Shown here: positions 26,503-32,434 of the stretch, piece after piece
Layout: each line of letters begins with the position of its first letter
Position numbering within the stretch: the first letter of the stretch is position 1
Origin: a virus
Lineage: Duplodnaviria; Caudoviricetes
Virus record (IMG/VR): IMGVR_UViG_3300048574_000183
Span: 1 to 32,434 of that record
Direction: 5' to 3' (one strand)
DNA: 32,434 nt
Made by a program: the position numbers and the translations under genes
The notes under the pieces: generated by a model
Databases searched by the model: none
What the model saw: only the letters and a program-made list of their open reading frames with translations
What the model was told of the DNA's origin: nothing

Positions 26503-27102
26503 TTAACAAATATTGTTTCGTTTGATATAAGCCGCTATCGTCATCCGGTTCACATTCATGCGCCTGGCAATCTCGCTTTTTGAGATTCCCTCTGCCAGCA
26601 ATGTTTCAATCTGGCGGTCTTTTCCGGTAAGCTTCATCTTCGAGTTTTTTCTCCCTTTCGGATGACCAAGTACAACACCCTCAGATTTCTTTCTGGCCAA
26701 AGCTTCTTTTGTGCGTTGACTGATCAAATTGCGCTCGATTTCAGCCGATAAGCCAAAAGCAAAAGCTAAAACCTTACTTTGAATGTCATCTCCCAGCCGA
26801 TAATTATCCTTAATCGTCCATACTCGACATCCCTTCGTCATACAAATATTGAGAATTTCCATGATCATGAATAAGTTTCTTCCCAGCCTGGAAAGTTCTG
26901 CGCAGATGATCAAATCTCCGGAATCAACTTCGGAAAGCAAATGTCCTAGAGCGCGTTTGCTGTATGCTTTCGTACCGCTGATTGTTTCTTCAATCCAACG
27001 ATCAATATGGATATTGTTTTTTTCAGAGAAATTCGTAATTTCGAAACGCTGATTCTCCACGGTCTGTTTGTCGCTGCTGACTCGGATATAACCAAAATTC
27101 AT
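26503..27102 (-). CDS. Serine recombinase/invertase (Mpi-like)
   Basis: GYIRVSSDKQTVENQ, ELSRLGRNL, AEIERNLISQRTKEAL, C-terminal HTH. Confidence 0.93.
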   Translation of the reverse strand: MNFGYIRVSSDKQTVENQRFEITNFSEKNNIHIDRWIEETISGTKAYSKRALGHLLSEVDSGDLIICAELSRLGRNLFMIMEILNICMTKGCRVWTIKDNYRLGDDIQSKVLAFAFGLSAEIERNLISQRTKEALARKKSEGVVLGHPKGRKNSKMKLTGKDRQIETLLAEGISKSEIARRMNVNRMTIAAYIKRNNIC

Positions 27103-27380
27103 GATTCCTCGATGGTTTCTTCAAAATGAAGTCCAAAGGCAGTCACGCCTCCAGGAGCAAACGCAAGTCTTGCTATTGCCTCAGTTACTGCCACAAAAGC
27201 CTCTTTGCAGCCCTGCCCGCCATAAAGCAGCACATCACCGCGCTCACCAATAAGTTTGGTAATATCTGGCCGCGGTCCGAAGCGTAAAGGTACTTCTCCG
27301 GATTTGATGCGATTTATTTCTATCGGAACCGATAGTTGCAAGAAATCAATCAATAAATGCGGTTGAAATTCCTTTTGCAT
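27099..27380 (-). CDS. Hypothetical protein
   Basis: ATG 27380 after AAGGA; GDVLLYGG...LAFAPGGVTAFGLHFE. Confidence 0.65.
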   Translation of the reverse strand: MQKEFQPHLLIDFLQLSVPIEINRIKSGEVPLRFGPRPDITKLIGERGDVLLYGGQGCKEAFVAVTEAIARLAFAPGGVTAFGLHFEETIEES

Positions 27381-27500
27381 AGTATGTCCTTTTGCAGCTC
27401 GGCTGTCTTCCCACGACCGGCTTACGCTTTCGCGCCGATGATTCTGGTTATCCTTCCAACAAACGGTTGAGGTTACCCTGTGACACTGCATTTATTACGC

Positions 27501-27577
27501 ACGCGGCGCCGGCCTATCCAGCCTGCCGGCGCATGCTACTCTCGGCTGGGAGAGGGCCACTCAATGAGCGACCGCAT
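27501..27577 (-). ncRNA. Cloverleaf-like structured RNA (77 nt)
   Basis: Closing stem ATGCGGT/GCCGCGT encloses three hairpins: CGCTC/GAGTG, CTCTC/GAGAG and GCCGGC/GCCGGC. Confidence 0.45.
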
Positions 27578-27595
27578 CCATCGAATTTAGTTCAT

Positions 27596-27668
27596 GTCGG
27601 AGCGTCAGGTCACGATCCTGAGGATCCGCATAAGATGGTAAAGTGCATCTTGAGCGATCTGCGCTCCG
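27596..27668 (-). ncRNA. tRNA-like element with a single long internal hairpin
   Basis: Perfect 7-bp CGGAGCG/CGCTCCG stacked on TCAGG-ATCGTGA-CCTGA (5 bp + 7-nt loop); internal GATCGC..AAGATG/CATCTT..GCGGATC. Confidence 0.6.
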
Positions 27669-27815
27669 TAAGTGCCGGTTACCGTATCCGGCGTTTTTTA
27701 CTTTAACGGCGGTTCCCCATCTGGTTTTCCTCAGTCGCGGGGCTGTGATTTTATACAGTAATTACGGTCACCATATCCGCGCGTTTACTGCCCTAGACAC
27801 GAGCAGCTCCCCATG

Positions 27816-28038
27816 TTTGGCGGCCAGGATTTGAACCTGGTTGCTGTTTCTCGATCCGTTGCGTTTGCTTCTTCAGGGTCAACGCTGGCCCCAGGTCATA
27901 CAGATTGCGAAGTCTGCTGTTTCCGTTTCCGGCTGTCCTACTGACATGCTCGCGTATCGCGTTTGTCGCTGCATATCACAGCAATAAGACTCGCCTTCTA
28001 TCGGATTCGAGTGCGGTTCCCACCACGCCGCCGCCAAA
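27816..28038 (-). ncRNA. Large tRNA-like RNA (223 nt) with giant variable-arm domain
   Basis: TTTGGCGG/CCGCCAAA acceptor, GCG-TGGTGGGAAC-CGC D-like arm, ACTCG/CGAGT arm, TTGCTGT/ACAGCAA-closed 144-nt domain, canonical CCAGG-TTCAAAT-CCTGG T arm. Confidence 0.65.
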
Positions 28039-28329
28039 TTGATTCCTCAGTTTTTAAAGTACCCAACCTGAATGCACTCAATCTCATGACTTGCTTACAC
28101 TAAGGTCAAATGCACCACCTCCTCGGTTTAGATTTACCGGTAACGTCGTTATGAAAGGGGGAAAATAATTTTCAGGCATGGCGGGCGATCTCAATTTCAA
28201 ACCTTGGGGGTGCGCCGGCGAGTCCACGTGTCTCACGACAGATGCTGCCTGCATTTACGGCCCGCCATGCCTCCAGTTATCCGGATCATCCGGTAATCTG
28301 GCTGATTTGGACCAGGGCACAGAGGCGTT

Positions 28330-28725
28330 TCATCCTCCGTTGCGGTTAGGAGCGATCCCGCTGGTTTTTGCCACCCTGGTCCGGCCATTGGAGCAGGGAC
28401 AATGGCGCACGTTGGCCGGCTTTCCTTTTTCGGAATGCTCAGCCAAAATCCGTTGATGTCTCGCTCGACCTTGAAAGAAAGTTGGATGTTCAACTTCGAC
28501 TTCATTGGGCAGGTGATAAACCAATACCCATACAGATCGCGGCGAGGCGGCCATATCCCGTACCGTCTGTGATACGTTTGGATCATGCGGGTTGTAGGAA
28601 ACGATTACCCGCTCGACCAACTGACCGCCGATTTCCAAAATGGCCCGTCCTTGAATAAGACCGGTGCCGTGCTCGGATTTAATCAGTTGATGAAATTGGA
28701 GTTCCTCGCCGTTTTTGTCGAACAT
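28330..28725 (-). CDS. Hypothetical protein
   Basis: RBS AGAGG; plausible 131-aa ORF in the early operon. Confidence 0.6.
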   Translation of the reverse strand: MFDKNGEELQFHQLIKSEHGTGLIQGRAILEIGGQLVERVIVSYNPHDPNVSQTVRDMAASPRSVWVLVYHLPNEVEVEHPTFFQGRARHQRILAEHSEKGKPANVRHCPCSNGRTRVAKTSGIAPNRNGG

Positions 28726-28737
28726 GCTTCCTCTGCT

Positions 28738-28962
28738 CTATGCACTGATATGCTTTATTGGTGCGTAATGTTCGATTTCCGCCAGGGCTTCCATAGTCGC
28801 CGCCAGGCTATTGCTGGCTCTGGCTACCAATCTGGCCGCCTGCGTCGGCCCTGGGTTTCCGTCTAAGAGCTGCTGTAAGCTCTCCCGTGCAATTTGATTG
28901 TTAATCCTGGCCTTTTCGACCTCACTCCGAAACGCGTATCCGCCGATTTTCTTGGCTGTCAT
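28738..28962 (-). CDS. Hypothetical protein
   Basis: RBS GGAGG; helical 74 aa. Confidence 0.6.
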   Translation of the reverse strand: MTAKKIGGYAFRSEVEKARINNQIARESLQQLLDGNPGPTQAARLVARASNSLAATMEALAEIEHYAPIKHISA

Positions 28963-29235
28963 TTTTTTCGCCTCCGCATGATGATTGATCCCTGTTCGTC
29001 ATGCGCGGCATGCCGCTCTTTGTCGTCCAGGTCGAGGGTCTCAGACGGCCGCCTGGACAGTTCCTTTTTTCATCCCTTTTCCCTCCCGTTCATGGATTTC
29101 CAGTTTTTCTGCGGTATTCTGTGAGCATGATTTCTCACCCTCACATTCCCGCTGGCTCGCCCCCCGCCCAGATGGACGGGAGGCAGGCGCCCGCACGGTA
29201 TCGGCCACCGCCGCAGCAGTAACCGGAAGTAAGCT

Positions 29236-29457
29236 CTATCGCCGGCGTTCTACGTCTTCTTCAATGGATTCGACCAATAATGACTGTTTGACCGCTGCCC
29301 GGCGCTTATTCTCTTCCAGAATCAGCCATTCAAATTGATCAGAATATCCACGATGATCGGATTCGCATAAATCAACAAAAATTTGAGCGATTTCCGGCTC
29401 GGTGATTCTGACTGAGCTGGGTAAGGAATTATTGGCCATAAGTTTCTCCGGTTGCAT
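29236..29457 (-). CDS. Cro-equivalent, Arc-like ribbon-helix-helix regulator
   Basis: First gene divergent from the repressor; SVRITEPEIAQIFVDLCESDHRGYSDQFEWLI fits the RHH pattern. Confidence 0.65.
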   Translation of the reverse strand: MQPEKLMANNSLPSSVRITEPEIAQIFVDLCESDHRGYSDQFEWLILEENKRRAAVKQSLLVESIEEDVERRR

Positions 29458-29473
29458 TTAATAAATCACGAGT

Positions 29474-29522
29474 TGCTATTTGACAACATAGTACATCTTT
29501 TTACAATTGTTGTCAAGTAGCA
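29474..29522. promoter_or_regulatory. Genetic switch: interdigitated divergent promoters within a 15-bp inverted repeat
   Basis: + strand: TTGACA(29480)-16-TACAAT. - strand: TTGACA(29516)-17-TACTAT with TG just upstream. Inverted repeat TGCTATTTGACAACA / TGTTGTCAAGTAGCA (1 mismatch). Confidence 0.85.
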
Positions 29523-29570
29523 TCTTTAGGTTTCCCAATTGGAACTAAAAATAATTTATGATGTTGCTTA

Positions 29571-29981
29571 ATGACAACTTTGTTTGATTTTTCCGAATGG
29601 CTCAAAAACGAACTGAGCTTACGAAATATGAAACCAGCTGATCTTGCAAAAAAATCGAAAGTCAGCAAGGCAATCATCAGTCGCTTACTGAGCGCTGAAC
29701 GAATGCCGCGTCCTGAGACACTGGTTCAAATAGCGGAAGGTTTGGGAATAACAGCTGCAAAAATGTTCGAAGAGGCTGGTTATTTACCCAAAGCCGATAA
29801 AAAATCAAATGAAATTGAAGATTTGGTATTTAATTTCTCGAAGTTATCAGAAGAAGATAAGCAAGATATTTTAGAATTGATGCGATTCAAGCAGGAAAAA
29901 CGATCAAGATTGAAAACAAACGATCAAAACAAGAGAACGAGCCGGGGGAAAAACCCGGCTCGTTCTACAATAGAACAATAA
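29571..29981 (+). CDS. CI-like XRE-family repressor
   Basis: MKPADLAKKSKVSKAIISRLLSAERMPRPETLVQIAEGL HTH; no S24 peptidase domain visible. Confidence 0.9.
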   Translation: MTTLFDFSEWLKNELSLRNMKPADLAKKSKVSKAIISRLLSAERMPRPETLVQIAEGLGITAAKMFEEAGYLPKADKKSNEIEDLVFNFSKLSEEDKQDILELMRFKQEKRSRLKTNDQNKRTSRGKNPARSTIEQ

Positions 29982-30010
29982 TTCTAGCTGTTCTGCAAAA
30001 GGGGGGCAAA

Positions 30011-30673
30011 ATGCCCGAAATCATTTATACCAAAGTCGCTGGCGTGACATTCAGAAACCCCGATGGGCATTCTCGGCAGGAAATGATCCGGCGTTTTGTA
30101 TTGACGGGGGATGAGGTTTTTCTTGAGCGAGTTCCGACCGCGGACCATCCCAACGCGATCGCGCTTTTCGTCCTCACCGATGACGATTCAATCGGTGAGG
30201 ATGGTTTCGCTCAAATCGGCTTCCTGAACGAAAAACGCGCCGCGGAAATCAAACCGCTTTTAGACGCTGGTCAAATCGTCTCGGCTTCCGTGGCCAACAT
30301 TACCGGCGAAGAACAGGATACGCTTGGCGTTAATCTTGAGCTGCGCATTTATTCCCCAGAGGAATCGGCCGAATTGAATCGCAAAACGTCTGAAGCCATA
30401 TCTGCCGCGGAAGCCAAAATGAAAGCGCAGCGCTCAGCGCAGCAGCCGATGAAAAAAGTTAAAAGAAAAAGCAGCAAGAACATCATTGTCCTCTTGCTGC
30501 TTTGGTTTTTTCTGGGCTATTTGGGAGTTCATCGCTGGTATGCCGGCCGCGGGTCCTGGCTCTACACCCTTACGCTGGGCTATCTGTTGATCGGCTGGAT
30601 CGTCGATTTCTTTGTCATCGTCCTCGGCCAGTTCAAGGATTCCCGCGGCCTGCCAGTAACCTGGTCTTTCTAA
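30011..30673 (+). CDS. HIRAN domain - TM2 domain fusion protein
   Basis: TKVAGVTF...LERVP...HPNAIAL...IGFL (HIRAN); LLWFFLGYLGVHRWYAG...TLGYLLIGWIVD (TM2). Confidence 0.8.
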   Translation: MPEIIYTKVAGVTFRNPDGHSRQEMIRRFVLTGDEVFLERVPTADHPNAIALFVLTDDDSIGEDGFAQIGFLNEKRAAEIKPLLDAGQIVSASVANITGEEQDTLGVNLELRIYSPEESAELNRKTSEAISAAEAKMKAQRSAQQPMKKVKRKSSKNIIVLLLLWFFLGYLGVHRWYAGRGSWLYTLTLGYLLIGWIVDFFVIVLGQFKDSRGLPVTWSF

Positions 30674-31650
30674 AGCGATGCGTACAGGTCCCCAATTTCA
30701 TCGCTTTTTAGCCGGCCATACACCCCGTCAGTGATCCCTACGGATTCATGCATCATGTTCTGCGAGAGCGCTTTAAGTTGCTCCATGCTCTTGATTCGCT
30801 CCATGCTGTACACAATATGCCCGTGCCGCAGTTTATGCGCGCTTAAATAGGGCAGGCCGGCTTGCTCGCACAAACCCTTGATTCCCCGGTCCAGCAGCTT
30901 GGCGCGGCTCTCCCAGTTCATCCCGCCGCTTTCCGCCTCTACAAACCGGTGCCAGCGGTCGATGCGCGGATACCAGTGATCGATCCGCTCAGCCCGTACT
31001 TTCTCATCCCAGGAGTGCACAACTTCCAGCAGTGACGGTATGCGCAGCAGTGAGGTAATCGCCGCTTTCCCGTTTTTTGTCTTTACCCCCAACTCGGGAA
31101 ACTGTTTGATTTTGAAAGCCTTCAAATCAACCGCGCTGGTCGGCATGCTGACGAAAGCCTGCGCGCGCATCGCCGATAGAAACAGGAAACAGACCGCTGC
31201 CCGGTCACGCTCCTCGGTCAGGTTTTTAGGCGTCAGCGCCGCGATCGCTTCCACCGATTCCACTGGCCAATATAAATGCTCATGGTAGCGCGAATGCAGC
31301 CCTTTGGCCGTGCTCGGCCGGATCGTCTCGATCCAGCTTGCTGATATCTGCCGGTAGCGTGCCGGATGCTCCGACCGCGAATAGCCGAAGAACATCCGCG
31401 CGTATTCGCAGGCTTTCTTCATCGATGCCGGCGCCAGCTGAATATCCTTGCCGTCCGCTCGCGCGGTCAGCAGATAGGTCTGAAAACTTGGGTCGATATT
31501 GCGCGCCTGCGTAAAGGGCTTATCGTCCGCCCATTCCAGCAAATGCCGCATGAAGGACCGCACCCGCTTGACTGATGCTTCATTCTTCCCGATCCGTTCA
31601 TAAAACGCCATGAAATTTTTTACATCCAGCCAGTTCTGACGATTGATCAT
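30670..31650 (-). CDS. int: Tyrosine recombinase / integrase
   Basis: Catalytic set: R (SAMRAQ), K (TKNGK), HKLRH, H (MMHES), Y (GVYG). Confidence 0.93.
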   Translation of the reverse strand: MINRQNWLDVKNFMAFYERIGKNEASVKRVRSFMRHLLEWADDKPFTQARNIDPSFQTYLLTARADGKDIQLAPASMKKACEYARMFFGYSRSEHPARYRQISASWIETIRPSTAKGLHSRYHEHLYWPVESVEAIAALTPKNLTEERDRAAVCFLFLSAMRAQAFVSMPTSAVDLKAFKIKQFPELGVKTKNGKAAITSLLRIPSLLEVVHSWDEKVRAERIDHWYPRIDRWHRFVEAESGGMNWESRAKLLDRGIKGLCEQAGLPYLSAHKLRHGHIVYSMERIKSMEQLKALSQNMMHESVGITDGVYGRLKSDEIGDLYASL

Positions 31651-32069
31651 GCTTTCCCCTTTGGCCCCTGGCCGGCCGCATAGGCCCGGTTAATTTTCGC
31701 GCCGCAATTGGCGCATTTTCCCTGATAGATTTCAATGTATCGGTTCCCATAACGCCGCCGCGCCGATTCAAGTGGTACGGCCTTTCTGCAGCGCATGCAA
31801 TACGCTTCGTTGTCGCCAATCTCGCCGACTTTCCGCCCCTGATGGACCGACCGCGCCCAGTCCGCGAATTCCAGCCCATTGATCCAGATCGCGCTATTTT
31901 TGTCGCGCGTGAACGGGCATCCGCATGGCAGATAAGAGCGATAGACCGTTTCCGTGGAAACACCAATTTCCTCTGCAATTTCGGAAGGCTTGTACATCAT
32001 GTTCATCAATCTGGGCAGCCGGATTAGGTTGATCCGGGTGAAGCGCTGTCCAAAACGGATCTTGCTCAT
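31647..32069 (-). CDS. Excisionase-like HTH protein with C-terminal Zn ribbon (DUF5679-like)
   Basis: ATG 32069 after GGAGG; YKPSEIAEEIGVSTETVYR; AYCMRCRK...GKCANCGAKINR; stop overlaps the int start. Confidence 0.7.
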   Translation of the reverse strand: MSKIRFGQRFTRINLIRLPRLMNMMYKPSEIAEEIGVSTETVYRSYLPCGCPFTRDKNSAIWINGLEFADWARSVHQGRKVGEIGDNEAYCMRCRKAVPLESARRRYGNRYIEIYQGKCANCGAKINRAYAAGQGPKGKA

Positions 32070-32081
32070 ACCCCTCCAGGA

Positions 32082-32108
32082 AATAAAAAACGCCGGTGGC
32101 GACCGGCG
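32082..32108 (-). terminator. Intrinsic terminator just upstream of xis-int
   Basis: CGCCGGT-CGCC-ACCGGCG followed by TTTTTTATT. Confidence 0.7.
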
Positions 32109-32148
32109 GGAAAAAGCTGAAGATACCATCGTAATGGTATAATTAGCT

Positions 32149-32213
32149 GTGTCACAGACCCCGCACGGTCTCGACATCGCCGCACCTGGTTCCAGCCGGG
32201 TGCGGTTCTTTTT
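32149..32213 (+). ncRNA. Putative ~65-nt small RNA
   Basis: Extended -10 TGGTATAAT (32135-32143), hairpin GTGTC..AGACC/GGTCT.GACAT, terminator GCCGCACCTGG/CCGGGTGCGGT + TCTTTTT. Confidence 0.55.
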
Positions 32214-32307
32214 AACTGTTTTTATTATATCAGATTCGCGGTAAAATCATTCTCACAATCACCCGCGCCGTAAACAAAAACTGTGGTGCCATAGGTATTA
32301 CATCGCA

Positions 32308-32345
32308 GTCCGTGAGGTCGGCGGTTCAAATCCGCCCGCCCCGAC
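32308..32345 (+). other. att site: 3' half of tRNA-Pro
   Basis: GT-CCGTG-AGGTC-GGCGG-TTCAAAT-CCGCC-CGCCCCG-A; the acceptor 3' strand CGCCCCG-A is Pro-type; no 5' half upstream; next to the integrase. Confidence 0.85.
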
Positions 32346-32353
32346 ACAGTACG

Positions 32354-32384
32354 AGAGGGTGTACCCGACACCCTCTATTTTTTT
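32354..32384 (+). terminator. Host tRNA terminator
   Basis: AGAGGGTGT-ACCCG-ACACCCTCT followed by ATTTTTTT. Confidence 0.8.
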
Positions 32385-32434
32385 AATTATTTGGCAAAAG
32401 TTTATTACAAAAAATCTGTTTTCTAACAAGGTAA

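Larger units (their letters stand above)
1..32345 (-). mobile_element. Prophage (temperate siphovirus), right part; continues beyond the left edge of the window
   Basis: Colinear integrase, immunity, replication, lysis, packaging, head and tail modules; ends at a tRNA 3' fragment (att). Confidence 0.96.

Noticed and set aside
27392-27834. ORFs 27392-27706, 27643-27834 and the extension of 27099-27491
   Set aside because: No RBS or protein-like character; the region is better explained by RNA structure, and the real start is at 27380.
27816-28038. tmRNA or intron-containing tRNA
   Set aside because: No G3-U70 alanine determinant, no tag ending in AA, short for tmRNA or a group I intron, and the insert is not in the anticodon loop.
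28960-29140. Possible small or frameshifted ORF between the RHH gene and 28962
   Set aside because: All frames are broken by stops (12-22 aa pieces); a call cannot be supported.
175-29340. Numerous + strand ORFs in the track (e.g. 1165-1854, 22742-23650, 18798-19397)
   Set aside because: They are antisense shadows of well-supported minus-strand phage genes, with no motifs or RBS.
32281-32345. Intact tRNA (e.g. Ala-CGC from TCGCAG)
   Set aside because: There is no 5' acceptor strand, D arm or 5' anticodon stem; only a Pro-type 3' half is present.
1-32434. CRISPR array, DGR/retron reverse transcriptase, IS element
   Set aside because: No regularly spaced repeats, no RT (YxDD) ORF and no transposase were seen.

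Overview
This window holds the right-hand ~32 kb of an integrated temperate siphophage. The host is probably a Chloroflexota/Anaerolineae-type bacterium, inferred from protein style (e.g. SSB) and not proven. Almost all genes are on the minus strand. From right to left: (1) the displaced 3' half of a tRNA-Pro, which is the att site, with the host terminator; (2) an xis-like gene and a tyrosine integrase; (3) the immunity switch, with a CI-like XRE repressor and a HIRAN-TM2 protein on + and an Arc/Cro-like RHH protein on -, driven by two interdigitated promoters; (4) an early region containing a non-coding array of tRNA-like structured RNAs, an Mpi-like serine invertase, SSB, a truncated beta-clamp-like protein and an initiator carrying a DnaA N-terminal domain and an internal origin; (5) a complete ParB/Ubl/E2/JAB/E1 (PRTRC-type) ubiquitin-like conjugation cassette; (6) Gp37Gp68, a second ParB, and a late promoter with an attenuator; (7) lysis genes; (8) HNH-cos-terS-terL, a Maf/DUF115-like transferase, portal, protease, scaffold and a P22-like coat; (9) head-tail genes, major tail protein, a frameshifted G/GT chaperone and the 5' part of the tape measure gene. 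The two most novel-looking elements are the phage-borne ubiquitin-like cassette, whose Ubl is a pro-form needing processing, and the tandem tRNA-mimic RNA array. Family assignments come from motif recognition by eye; no searches were run.
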